From Eledone cirrhosa (lineage: Eukaryota), in assembly GCA_964016885.1 (NCBI GenBank), contig OZ024746.1, forward strand, positions 19,034,001-19,098,000: a stretch of DNA of 64,000 nt, read 5' to 3'. Each line of letters begins with the position of its first letter. Position 1 is the stretch's first letter. A program made the translations under genes and the position numbers. Under the pieces are notes generated by a model. That model did not search any database. It was given only the letters and a program-made list of their open reading frames with translations, and was not told where the DNA came from. This document shows, piece after piece, positions 49,553 to 63,095 of this stretch.

Positions 49553-50122
49553 AAACATGTTATTCGATGCTCTACTGAAACTGCCAATCCACCATCCTTA
49601 GCCTCAACAAATAATAAATGAACAAAGCAATGCACAAATGTATGGAATAGAAACCAGGGAGAAGAGGTTCACATAGTTGAAGAAGACAGAAAAGAGGATA
49701 GAGAGATGAGATTAATAAGTTTAAAAACATTACGATGATAAGGGGGGTACAAGATAGGAAGAATTGGCACTGGTTTGGAGGTCTTCACATTATCTAATAG
49801 CTGAGAATGATAATGAAGCTCTTTTCTCTGTAAAGGAGGATTAAGTGTGCGAGACCTTTTACTTAATCATTGAGTTAAAAAATAATGTCTTTCAATAATG
49901 CTATCTATCTACTTGCTGTTAAATAGCTTTTGTTTGTGTTTCGATTTAGGGGGAGCGGGGTATAAATAGCAAATATAACAAACATTACAATATTATTTTA
50001 TTTGATAATAATACAAACAGATAACCAAATATTTCCAGATTTTCATTGTTAACACTCACTTGAATTTAGCATGCAATTATGAACTAAATAAGCAATATAT
50101 TTTCACAGTGAAGAACAGTACA

Positions 50123-50585
50123 ATAATTGTTTCTACTTTTGGCACAAGGCCAGCAATTATCCCAGTGCATTACTGGTACTTTATTTTATTGACCCTGTAA
50201 GAATGAAAGGCAAAGTTAACCTCGGCGAGATTTGAACCCAGATCATAAAGGGCCATAACTATGCTACAAAGCATGGTGTCCAACCCTCTGCCAATTCACC
50301 TCTGAGGCACAAGGTCAACAATTTTTTGGGGGAGGAGAAAATCGATTAAATCGACTCCAGTGCATTACAGGTACTTTATTTTATTGACCTTGTAAGGATA
50401 AAAGCTAAAACTAACCTCGGTGGGATTTGAACTCAGAATGTAAAGGGCTATTAATCTATGCTGCAAAACATGCTGTCCAATGCTCTACCAATACTGCCAA
50501 TAATAATTGTTTCTACTTTTGGCACAAGGCCAGTAATTACCCAGTGCATTACTGGTACTTTATCGACCCCCATAAGGATGAAAGG
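50123..50585 (-). mobile_element. Three tandem GCCTTTCATCC-domain SINEs (short, long, truncated short)
   Basis: ggcacaagg at about 50141, 50306 and 50521. Confidence 0.85.
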
Positions 50586-50609
50586 AAAAATAATAAAAAT
50601 AGTAGAGTA

Positions 50610-51060
50610 CAAGAGCACTGGCCACTTCCCTCAGCATGCTGCTCTCCCTGATATAGTTAATACAGTTTGGACACAGCTGGTTTTCTATCACAGCTAAAGC
50701 CAGTGAGGACAACATAAGACCAAATGGTACAAGTCCCTAATCGATCATAGTATGAAATCCACTGCAATATTTTCTCCAATGGCAACCTGGTGAAATTGGC
50801 ATCAGATCCAGACTTTGTTGTCAGACACAGACTGAGGATTGCAAGCTGACAAAATACTGGCTGCTCTGTAATAGGATTCTTATTGCATATATAGCAGAGG
50901 AAACATCTGTTGCCCCTGAATCGCCTCATTACAGAGTTCAATCTGGATAGAAAGGGCCATCTGCAAAGAAGTACCTTACAAGGTTGACTAGCTCTCTCAG
51001 CACATCTCCCTGACCATCTTTTGGGGTAGTCTTTGCCATTTTGTCCACTCAGATTGTGTA
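50610..51060 (-). mobile_element. Possible highly degraded RLE non-LTR fragment (Hero/NeSL-like)
   Basis: Frame-shifted pieces QSEWTKWQ, DLMP.SP..HW, LALA and MLREVASAL in the expected order. Confidence 0.3.
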
Positions 51061-52934
51061 ATATTTGCATAATATGATGTTATTTATTGTATTCAGGAAA
51101 TAGAATATAGTATAAGTTTAGTTTTATAATACTTAAGTTAAATGAAATGCTAAGTTTAATGCAAAATCAAAGTTGTAAGCTACTGTAATTTAAAACAGTT
51201 CAGACTGATGTTATGTTCTCATAAACCAATGACTTTTAACCATATTTTTTTCTCATTGACAGTTTCCAACATATTTTAATCTTTCTTACAAAGTTAATTT
51301 TTTTATAACTTTTAAAAGTTTATCAATATCTTTAGAGATTAAAGTTGAAAATATGACATTTGTAAAGCACTTGTAGACACTGACAGAAACCATGGCACCA
51401 TAGCTGAAAAATACTGCACCAATCTTTTATTTAAATCTAATGTGCTGGCTTTCATAGAAACAATTTGCTTTATATTTCGTAGACTATTACTATATGACAT
51501 TAAGTTTCTGGAACTAAGCAGAGAAAAGTTTATCTCAGCACTCAGGAGTATAAGGGGGTAATTTGGGGGAAAGACTTAATTGTTATATTGTTAGGTTGAG
51601 TAACTTACATTGAAACTGTCTCTTTAGTTTGACTTTAATTTTGTCCACCTATTTTTTAACATTTGATTAAATTTTTTTTTTGTCTGAAAGTTTCACTGAT
51701 ATTAGAGGTTTGTGAACTTTTACTTCTATTATTCTAATTAGTGGTAAAATATATTTGAATTTCCTAACTTCAGTAGTTTCTGAGATACCAGTACAGACAC
51801 ATGCAAGCAAGCAATTAAGTAAACAAACAAGATAAAAACAGTTTTAAAAAACTTAATTTGTTGGTTGCCGAATAATATGTTTAAGTTAGGAAAAAATGAT
51901 GGGAAGGTGAACAATCAACAGAAACCAAAATATATTAATTAATAACATTAAGCTAATCACTTTTAGTGTAATTCTTATTGTACAACATAAAAAAAGCTTT
52001 CACTTTTAAGACTGCCTTTATCATTAGATAATAATAATCCAGCAATATGTTGTTTGAAGGCTACGACAATGCTGCAAAATGGACAGTAGATTGCCTTCAA
52101 CTAACATACTGCTTTATACACTAACACAATGCTTCAAGCAAACAACACCCTCTTAAAAATAATTCAATTATTACAGACAACATTCACAATAAAAAAAATC
52201 TAATATTAGTAACCAAGTTAAAAATAATTTTGTAATATTTCTTAAGATAGATACATTTGATATTGTTAGTAGTCAGTACCAAAACCAAGATATGGCTGGT
52301 TATTTGTAGCAGAGAGACTAGATATAAAAAAAAAAAATTAGGTCATAAGAATAATACTAAAAGAAATTGTAGACAGCAAAAACATTAGTATTAATATAAT
52401 AAATTCACTTCTTTATTTTAAAAGATTATAGTCTAATGACTAATTAAGATGAAAAGAAAATAGATTCAAGACCATAATTTTGAAGAAATTTCTTCAAAAT
52501 TATATTATCTTACTTCTATTTTATTTGTATAACCTCTTTATTAAATACGCTATCTTCATTTCAAATATATATAGATGTCTTTTTATTGAGAGAGAGATTT
52601 TGAAAGAAAAAAAGCACCTGAAAAGTTATCACCTTTAATTGTAATTATCTAATGAAATTAGACTTGTAAATAAAAAAAAATTATTAAAAATAATGAAGTC
52701 CAGATTCTTTTCTTTAAAAGTATTTTTTGTTTGTTTATTTCATGGTATGTTTTTGTTGTCTTTTTACATTTATTGTAAATTATTTTTATCTACAGAAAGA
52801 AAAAAAAATAAATGTAGATGAATGAGAATCATACTGAAAAAAAAGAGTGTGAAATAAAGTGAAGATGGCAACGGACTAAATCAATGACAACTTTCCTAAA
52901 TCAATAAACACGTATTTATTTTTTTTTATCAATC

Positions 52935-53365
52935 CATCAAGAAAATTTCAAATCTCATTTGTTACCGAGTGGGGTGGAACTCGTCAGACCAATGTTTCCA
53001 TTGGTCTTTCCAATTGCTGATACTATCTACTGGTTGCAACTCTTGGCAGAAAGAGCAACATGAAATAAAGTTTCTTGCTCAAAGACATAACGCATTGCCT
53101 ATTCTGGGAATTGAACTCACATCCTCACAATTGCAAATCGAATTCCCTAATATGTATAATGGTTTCTAATTTAGGCTCAAGGCCAACAATTTTTTGGGGA
53201 AAAGGAAAGTCAATTAAATCAGCCCCAGTGCATTACTGGTACTTCATTTTATGGACCGGACCGCATAAAATGGCGGGATTTTAACTCAGAACGTAAATGG
53301 CCATAACTCTACGCCGCTAAGCATGTTGTCCAACACTACCGATTCTGCCAATCCACCGCCCTTAT
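52935..53365 (-). mobile_element. CORE-type SINE followed by a GCCTTTCATCC-domain SINE (53161-53363)
   Basis: Second element flanked by ccctaa(t/c)atgtataat. Confidence 0.85.
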
Positions 53366-53446
53366 CCCCTAACATGTATAATAAAACAAAATACTAGACG
53401 CAGTAAATCACAGTAGTGGGTTAATAATTGTGACTTCCAATTATAA

Positions 53447-53620
53447 ACACCACACTGTTACACCACACTGTTACACCACACTGTTACACCACACTGTTAC
53501 ACCACACTGTTACACCACACTGTTACATCACACTGTTACATCACACTGTTACATCACACTGTTACATCACACTGTTACATCACATTGTTACATCACATTG
53601 TTACATCAAATTGTTCAAAT
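53447..53620. repeat. 13-bp minisatellite acaccacactgtt, about 13 copies
   Basis: Direct inspection. Confidence 0.95.
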
Positions 53621-53824
53621 TGTGAGGAAAATCCACGTTGTGCTGAATGCTTTAACAAGTTGGTTTCACGTGAAATAATTGAAAAATAAAAAAAAACATA
53701 CTAAACTGATATGTTATCTCTATTGACTAAAAAACAATGGAGATCAGGTGATACATTAAAGCTTAATGTATGAACAGGTATGGATTTCCTATGGCATGAA
53801 AGAATGATATAGCAAAGACTGCAA

Positions 53825-54094
<270 letters not shown>

Positions 54095-54344
54095 GCCTTA
54101 AAATCACAACCCAGATAAAATCAGTGATTACAGTCATTGATTAACAAGCAGTTATGCTTAAATTGATTAATCAATTAATCAATATTGATGGAAACTTGAC
54201 ATACTTGAGATAGTATCTGTTTCACATGGAATCTTTTTCCAAATTATGTCTAGAAATTAAGTCAATAAAATAAAATTTATGTCAAGAAACTAGAAGAGTA
54301 AATTCACAATTATTTTCTTTCTTAACTATACTTCATCAATTAAA

Positions 54345-54780
54345 CCTTTTTTCTTATTCTTCACTCACTTATTCCTGGGGGGGGGGGGGGGGGGGGTCGT
54401 AGAGGTAGAGTCCTCAAACACTCTTTCCAGAAAGTCCAGTCAGAAGCTACTGTCTTCAATTGATCTGGCTGGATCCCCAAGTGAGACCAGCTGAGCTCAT
54501 GTATGTTATCCAACCATATTGCTTGGGGTCTACCTCTGGGTCTCCTGCCAGTTGGTTTCGCCCATAAAATCTGTCCAATGATTCTTTCTTGAGACATTCT
54601 AACCACATGCTCGTAGTATCAGATCTCTGATCTCTCAATTCAGAAAGTAGTGGCTCTATCTGGAACAACTCCAAGCTATGCACTCTATCGAGTAACATTA
54701 CTCCAAAGACCCTTTGGAGGAACCCCATTTCGGCTGTTAGTATTTGCAATCATATTCTTTGAGTCATTACCCAAATTTCT
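54345..54780 (-). mobile_element. RTE-clade LINE, 3' fragment
   Basis: AEMGFLQRVFGVMLLDRV..; HVVRMSQERIIGQILWAKPTGRRPRGRP..WLD; same family as 8440-9015. Confidence 0.88.
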
Positions 54781-55001
54781 CAAAATGGAAAATATATTTT
54801 TCACAGCCAAGTTTTCTTTTCTGTGTATAGTAACATGCATAAAACAATTATTTGGCTATCAACTTCAAAAGATAAAATAAAAAGAACTTTGTATACAATA
54901 CAATTTATAAGAGCAATGCTATGTATTGTGGGTTTTAAGCCCATGTAAAAAGTCACAGCTACATAATAGTTTGTGTGGAGGATATGGGGAAAGATCTATG
55001 T

Positions 55002-55306
55002 CAGGGGTCTCAAACACATGTCCCACATACCCTATTCTATTGTCTGCAGCAGAACAATTTTTGTAACTAATTAAAGAAAATTTGTCTCCCTACATTTTGT
55101 ACTGATTCACATATTCCACTTACAATCAAGTGTATTCATTTGATGAAAATAAATAAAAAATACCAGCATGTCAGCTGTAATGCAGTTTAGCATTATAACT
55201 GGTGGAAATTACGCCCTTTCGCCCCCAACCTAAACTCACTTTTGGGTTGTTGTATCTCTCCCCAGAACGTGATGGCTCTTTTGAGTACTTGAGTTTGAGA
55301 ACTCTG
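55002..55306. mobile_element. hAT-like MITE remnant
   Basis: Imperfect TIRs CAGGGGTCTCAAAC / GTTTGAGAACTCTG; TSD degenerate. Confidence 0.5.
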
Positions 55307-55319
55307 ATACATGATCCAG

Positions 55320-55530
55320 GATCACAAGATCCCAAACCTCATTTGCTTACCAAGTGGGGTGGAATTCACCAAACCAGACCAAGGAAACAATGTTTCCATT
55401 GGTCTTTCGACTGCTGATAATATCTACCGGTTGCATCTCCTGGCAGAAAGAGCAACATGAATAAAGTGTCACCCAATCAAACTTGCAACCGCACAATTGT
55501 GAATCCAACTCTTTAACCACTAAGCCATGT
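55320..55530 (-). mobile_element. CORE-type SINE, long-body variant
   Basis: Homologous to 47820-48075. Confidence 0.8.
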
Positions 55531-55664
55531 TAAATTGCAGCCAAATCTTTCCTCATAAAAATGGATGACAATACCAGTTAAAGCAATCCTAAATATAATA
55601 TCCCATAAAAGAAACTTTTTTGATTTTTTATCATATACATATATATATATATATACACACACAC

Positions 55665-55712
<48 letters not shown>

Positions 55713-55837
55713 TCGCTGAAGCTCACAGCAGAGATGACGAAGGACAGTGACAAGTGGAGAGATGCTGTGCTGAATAGGAGCCGTCCCACCCTTGCAAGCA
55801 GGGAAAAGCGGATGTAAAATGATGATGATGATATATA

Positions 55838-56463
55838 TCTGTATATATATATATATATATATATATAACATTAAGTGTGTGTGTGTGTGTGTGTGTATTA
55901 CCTATAGGGGCCTACATCTTATGACCAATTTTCAAGAAACTTTACAGATTAGTCATCGGGGAATGTTTTCTATATATCAGCGTATCGTTTTTTTATTCTG
56001 GGGTCATTCTGCAGATAAAAATCGATGGGGGGGGGGGGGGTCACCTTTTTTTATGTATCGAAAAATAAGATTTTTGGCTCTAGCCCCCACATTTTGCCAC
56101 CGATTTCGTTCAAATTTTAAAGCAAAATAGAATTCATCATTGCACATCCTGTAATGGCTTTATATTTTGCATTTGTTGTTCAGGGACGGCGTGGCAGCCA
56201 CTTAAATATTCAAAAATACCACTTTTACTCAAATTTCCACTTTTTCGGCTCGTCTGAGCTTTTAGTTGTGTATTTGAGAATTCATCGGTTTCCAATCAAG
56301 TAGCGTGAGAAAATTTGGCTTAGTGTTAGAGGTCATTACCTCCCTCCCCCGCATGGTGTGTGGCCATAGATGAGTCATCGAGAAGCAGTTGCTAAGATCA
56401 ACACCTTTTCATCAAAGCAGATATTATTTTACCTACCCAGGCAACGCTGGGTACTGCTACTAG
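55838..56463 (+). mobile_element. Non-autonomous Helitron (626 bp)
   Basis: A|TC start, internal (TA)n(GT)n, subterminal hairpin TACCCAG-gcaacg-CTGGGTA (56434-56453), CTAG|T end. Confidence 0.85.
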
Positions 56464-56494
<31 letters not shown>

Positions 56495-57284
56495 AAATAG
56501 GGAGAAAAAGACGATTATTAGGAAGAAAAATATTTTTTTTTCCTTTTATTTTTTCTGGGTTAGAAAATGTTTAAAACAAAATATTTTACTTTATGTGAAG
56601 TGTTAAGGTATATATATATATATATATATATAAAAGTCAGAGAGAAATATTTTCTCCATGTGTGAACACAATAAGAATACAACAAAACCAATATTAGTTA
56701 CCAATCTTACTACAAAGTATCCAGCTATAAAACACTTATACCTATTAAAACATTTGTATGACTTTTTGGAGCAACTATCTACTGAACCATACTATCATTA
56801 AAAATAACTGTAACACTGCCATTTCAGACAAGGAATTCACACATTTTTATCCAAGTCTATAGTGGCTTAACATGAAAATCTCTTCTTCTTCTTCAACTAG
56901 AAAAGATAAGCTATCCAAAATTTTGTCAAATATATATGTAAATAAGATCATTATTGCTCCAATCAGTCTACTAACCTCAGCAACCTCCCTAAACTGAACA
57001 CCAGCCTGTACCCATGACTCCGGCCAAACAAACCATACTCTACAAATTCAACAAATCAAACATGGACCACCCATCCTCCTAAACTCGGCTTACACAACCG
57101 GACCGCAACAGCCACCAAATGGGGAAGACAGACATTATCAAGCTGCAACTGTCATTACATATTTTCTATATAATAAAGTCAAAACTATTATCTAATATCA
57201 ATAGTTGTATACTATTCCAATTGCTACCACAATTCCATACTTAACTAAAAGAACCATCATTAATGAATTAGTAAAGAGATTTAA

Positions 57285-57460
57285 TGAGCAGACTGCGAGC
57301 AAGATGATTGGACAACATCCATGAGCTCAGCTGGTGTTGCTTGGAGATCCAGCCAGATCAGTTGTAAACGGTTGAATCTGACATGGCCCGTTGGCACGAA
57401 TGTTTGAGGACTCTACCCACTTATTTCCTGGGAGGGTCGTGAGGGCAAAGAAGAAGAGAA
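57285..57460 (+). mobile_element. RTE LINE, extreme 3' end
   Basis: LDNIHELSWCCLEIQPDQL..; (GAA)n tail; same family as 8440 and 54345. Confidence 0.8.
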
Positions 57461-58147
57461 AATAAATTTAAATAAAAATAAATATGCAAAATACTGCTGA
57501 AAACTATAAATACACAAAGATAACTAGACAAATGAAAATGCTTGAAAGTTTTAAAAGATTGGATTATGTTTAAAGGTACATTAAAGCTACCTCTTCCTAT
57601 TCTTACTGAAAAGATTTTGAATTATTCAACTGTTGAAATAAAATGCTTATAGCTATCTCTTTCTATGTGACTTCTTAAAAGGTAATGTTAATCTTTGGTT
57701 CCTAACGCAACGTTACTACATCAAACGAGAAGAAGAGCTACAGAAATAAATGAAATGAAAAGGTTAGAACATTAAAACTTCAAAGAAAAATGACATTAGG
57801 CAGATTATTAGAAAAGACACTTTCAACTAGCGAGTAGACCGTTTTCTTCTTTTGTGTTTTCAGTAGCTTTATAAAATTAGTACCAGTAGTAAAATGGCAA
57901 TGCTACAACATACAACTTCAACGATGAACTGGCTGGTTCAGTCAGCTGATTATTAAAAGCTTAAAATGAATCTGTTTATACTGACCCAGACTTCATTTAG
58001 GTTACTTGGTCAAAGGTTATCACACTACAATAATCTTTTCATATCAATACACTTTTATTTTGAAATGCAAGAAAATCTATTGGATATAAATCATTCCTTC
58101 TTTGAACATACAGACATTCATCATTATTCTCTTCACCACCTGTCTAG

Positions 58148-58684
58148 CATCCAGGTTTGTGATGATATAAGCTATACATAACCAGTTTTGTGATGATATA
58201 AGCTACACACACCATCCAGTTTTGTGATGATATAAGCTACACACACCATCCAGTTTTGTGATGGTGTAAGCTACACACAACATCCAGTTTTGTGATGATA
58301 TAAGCTATACATAACAACCAGTTTTGTGATGATATAAGCTACACACACCATCCAGTTTTGTGATGGTGTAAGCTACACAACATCCAGTTTTATGATGGTG
58401 TAAGCTACACACAACATCCAGTTTTGTGATGATATAAGCTACACACACCATCCAGTTTTGTGATGATATAAGCTACACACACCATCCAGTTTTGTGATGG
58501 TGTAAGCTACACACAACATCCAGTTTTGTGGTGATATAAGCTACACACACCATCCAGTTTTGTGATGGTGTAAGCTACACACAACATCCAGTTTTGTGAT
58601 GGTGTAAGCTACACACAACATCCAGTTTTGTGATGGTGTAAGCTACACACAACATCCAGTTTTGTGATGATATAAGCTACACAT
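58148..58684. repeat. 34-bp minisatellite catccagttttgtgatg(ata/gtg)taagctacacaca(c/a), about 16 copies
   Basis: Period 34 (for example 58213 and 58247); two co-varying unit types. Confidence 0.95.
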
Positions 58685-59439
58685 AAATTCACATACCAAC
58701 ATTAAATTAAATTTAACATAGAATAAATCAAAAACTAAAATGTACTTTCTAATCCCAAATGTTTAAATTATCCCCAACAATTAAGGGAAATCTATTATTT
58801 GTCTAAGACATGACAACCTCTCCTGTGCACCTAGTAGAACATGATACCATACTTAAGTGAGATAGAGATCCATGGCCTGTCTGGGAGATCAGTAGCCCTG
58901 CTTCAGTACTGACTTGGTCTATGTAGACCTGTCCAATCCTTACTAGCAAGAGAAGCAGACGTTAAAATGATGATATCCCTTGTGGATATTTTTACTCAAG
59001 ACTGTTAAAACTTTGTCTTATACTAAACTGCCAAAATCTGTGTTAACATTTTTTATTAGATTTGTATTTAAAAATATGAGCCAATCTATATCACCAAAGT
59101 TTCAAAAATACACAGAGTTGATAAAAATAATTACGATTAAGATGGGCTAAGATTTGTTAATAGATAGTGACTGCATGTTCTATATTTATAACTATATAAT
59201 CCCTCCTACAGATTTTCCCATGACTATTGCTAACTGGTGCTTTAAGCAGTAGTCAAGATCATGGTTTGTTTGTTGTTTTTTTGTGGAGTATTAATAAATA
59301 CAATCTACTGGTAGAGAATATAGGCTGACTAATGTAGAAAATGTTCTGCTTTTGAAAGAAATATTAGTAACACAAATATAACTGCTTTAAATTTATTGTC
59401 ATTTCTGATGACATTTGGGTGATATTAAGAAAAAGAAAG

Positions 59440-59950
59440 AATTACATGTTGAGTCAGTGTTGGTGTATAGATCGGGTACATGGACACTGACACAAGCACT
59501 TGAGTCAGTGTTGTTGTATAAATCAGGTACATGGACCCAGACACAAATACTTGAGTCAGTGTTGATCAGGTACATGGACCCTGACACAAGCAGTTGAGAA
59601 GAAATTAGATGGTGCATACACTAAAATGCTGAAGGTTGTACAAAAACTGGTATCAACGTATTACAAATGAAAGTTTATATGGAAACTTGCCCAAGATAAC
59701 AACTACAATTGCTCAAAGATGGTTACAATTTAGAGGACATTGCTTGAGAAGTAAGCATGAAGTTATATACAAGCTACTATTGTAGGAACTAAGTCATGGG
59801 AAACACAGTAGAGGAAGACCTGCTCAAACCTTCATCAATCAACCCTCAGATGATACAAACCTCAGTAAGAAGTTGCCAGGAGCAATGAAAAATCATGAAC
59901 TGTGGAGAGACTTAGTCAGGAATGTTCAACTGAGGTTGCAATGCTGATGA
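59440..59950 (+). mobile_element. RTE-like LINE 3' fragment with an internal 51-bp triplication
   Basis: VESVL.Y.SGTWTLT repeated; then KKLDGAYTKML..LYGNLPKIT...GHCLRSK..HGK.SRGRP. Confidence 0.85.
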
Positions 59951-61444
59951 ATAATAGATCCACCTTCCAGAAGCTTTCAATACAAGTTCACTTTTATTTT
60001 TAAATGTAAATTGAATGAAATGGTAGCATAGCATTTGATAATATCCAATAAAGAAAATGTTTATTTTGTCCAATATCTTAAACCATTGTACAGAACTCTG
60101 AAACCACTTTTAAACAGGCCAACAAATGTACTATTATCATTCTCCTTTGTTGCACTAAAATCACATTAACACATTTCTTTCTTATCATTACCTCTAATAA
60201 ATATACATCAGCAAACTTGATTGCTCTTTCTCCATTCTGATATTTTTTCCATTAATGAATTAATTGTATACTAGTTTCTCTTCTGACACCATTCTAAAGA
60301 TATCTTTCTTATTTCCAATTTTAGCCAAGCAAACAAAATATATTTTTCTACTTTCATATTATATGTAAATGACTTCAGGTTACATTATCTTTGAACCCAA
60401 CAAAAGAAAACCCATATTACATTATATATCATTTGGGTTACTTGGGGCTCTCACTATTACAATCAAATTGCATAGTTGCTTTATTTTTTTAATGAAATAG
60501 TAGTGCTGATGAAACAATGAAAAAGTACCCAATCGAACCTGTCAGTTGGTCATTTTGGTGGCACAACAAAAAGCACTCAGTCCTCGCTGTAATGTGGATG
60601 GCATAAGGAAGGACATCCAGCCATAGAAACAAAGCCTGATACAGTTCTGTATGAGTAAGACATAGTCACCTTATCTAATATGTCTCACGACTCAGTTATT
60701 TGAATAAATTATCAAGGAAGTGTTTTCAAACAGGAAGATATCCTAAAGCCAACAAAGCAATCTTTAATATCTTTGAGGAAGGTAGCAAAGGTAGAACCAC
60801 CAGACCATTAAGTAGAATATCTTGTGGTATTTATACCAAACTCTATAGTCAAATTTTACTTTTCATTCCTGGTCAATTATTGAGTCAGTCTCTCTCTCTA
60901 GCTCTGCTTTTACACACACACACACACACACACGTTATATGAGGGGCACACCAAACCTGAACTGCCCTGGGCATCCCAAGGTCTAAATCTGGTCCTGAAG
61001 TTAAATCCTGCATTGACCTACATGAGTAGTAGACTTAATCCATCACCTAGTTTACTACCGACTCATCGGCACCTTTGGCAGTGTCCACTCTGTTGTAAGC
61101 ATTTCAACCAGGTTTCCAATTGTAGTGACTATATTTTCTCTCCAACTAGTCATGGAGAAGTACTCATTTTATATTATATGCAAGTGAATAGGTAACAAGA
61201 TTTTTCACTTGAGATGACCAAATGCTTCTATTCTGCATCAACTTAACATCACAAAACTAGGGTTAAGCCCCACAAGAGAGACTGTCACCCTCTTCCCTTC
61301 CCCCTTTCGTTCCTTAATAATCCTTAGCCTTTATCCTTTTCCTCATAGTATTTTACAATGCTACTTTCTTTTTCTTTGACTAAATATTAAATTCTTTATT
61401 ATTTTTATAAAATTTTATCCTAGATATAAAAGATTGTAACTTAA

Positions 61445-61636
61445 CCCTTTAGCATTAAAACCGACCGTATCTGGCCAGAATTCTCTCCCCTCTTTCTGTT
61501 CAAACCGGTTGTAACCGGCCACTCATACTGATGTTAAGGTATTGTTCTCAAAATATTATGCGAGATAATTATGTGAGGTAAAGCCTTTACCACAAAAATA
61601 CAATAGTAAATATAGAGTAATGTAAATGCTAAATTG
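61445..61636. mobile_element. piggyBac-type MITE
   Basis: TTAA|CCCTTTAGCATT...AATGCTAAATTG|TTAA; reverse complement of 35856-36071. Confidence 0.85.
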
Positions 61637-62244
61637 TTAAGAGGCAATTTAGATGGTTTTTATTTTAACTTTCTAACTGACAGTACATGTAAATGAGTTC
61701 AAACCTTCAAGAACATTTCCTACATAACATAAGTATAAAACCTTTATGCTTTACATAAATCATAATTATAAGTTTTATAAGTTTTCCATCAAACCAATAC
61801 ATCCTTCAGTTTTTTTTTGTTTTTTTGTTGTTTTTTTGGGTTTAGAGTAACTTTTTAGCAGAGTTCTGCTCATAGACCTACATTCAGTCAACCACTTAAC
61901 AATCAATAATAAAAAATAAACAAACTATCAAAAAACTATTGTAAAAATTATGCCATTAGACCGAGATCTATTTATGTGACCTCTGCACTAAACTCCTTAT
62001 GTTAAATGCAATAATGACTAGACATTTACTAGTTGGGCAAATATACTCAATACTAATGCAAGAAATCAATACAAAATGCATTGCTTTATCAGTTTTGTTC
62101 TCTCTTTCACCTATAAATAACTCTGAAAACTATATCATCAAAATATGCACATATCATTGGATATGAATAGACATTTTGAAACAAAAAAGATGAGAAAGTT
62201 ATTCAAGATTTCTTGTTAGCTCATTCAAAGAAACAAAAATAACG

Positions 62245-62697
62245 GATTCTGATTTTAAGCCCAAGGCCAACCATTTTGAGAGAGGGGAGGAGAAAGTCAA
62301 TTAAATTGACTCCAGTGCATTACTGGTACTTTATTTTATCGACTCTTGAAATGATGAAAGGCAAAGTTAACGGTGGGATTTCAACCCAGAATATAAAGAA
62401 CTGTAACAAATATCACAAAACATTCTGATGCTCTAACGCTTCTGCCAATGATGATGATGAAATAATAGTTTCTGATTTATGCACAAGACCAGCAACGCTT
62501 TTTTTTTGGGGGGGGGGGGGGGGCAATTAAATCGACCATAGTGTGTTACTGTTACTTTATTTTATCAACCCCGTAAGGATGAAAGGCAAAGTTAACCTTA
62601 GCGGGATTTGAACTCAGAATGTAAAGGGCCATAACTGTATGCTGCAAAGCATGTTGTCCGATGCTCTATTGATACTGCCAATCCAATCCACTGCCCA
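62245..62697 (-). mobile_element. Two tandem GCCTTTCATCC-domain SINEs
   Basis: Family motifs at about 62245-62450 and 62465-62697. Confidence 0.85.
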
Positions 62698-62924
62698 TAA
62701 ACAAACAAAAATAATAATTTTCAATAATAGCTATATGTAGTTAGCCTCATTGGTCTGTAACTAATTTCAAAGAAATTATAGATTAAAGAATTTCTAAATT
62801 AGCATTTTTATTAAAATCTAAATTAAAACATAAAATTCAATTCAGTTATTTCCTTTTAAACTTCTAAACCTAAAAAAAAAGGGAAACAAAAGGAATTTAC
62901 AACAGTTCAACCAGTCTTTAATAA

Positions 62925-63095
62925 TGGTTTCGGATTTAAGCACAAGGCCAATAATTTTTAGAGAGAAGAAAATCGATTAAATCAGTTTGTAACCGATACT
63001 TTATTTTATCAAACCCATAAGGATGAAAAGCAAAGCTAACTGTATGCCACAAAGCATGTTGTCCAACACTACCGATACTGTCAATCCACCACCCT
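62925..63095 (-). mobile_element. GCCTTTCATCC-domain SINE with internal deletion
   Basis: TSD-like tcaac(c/t)agt(c/t)tttaataat on both sides. Confidence 0.8.
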
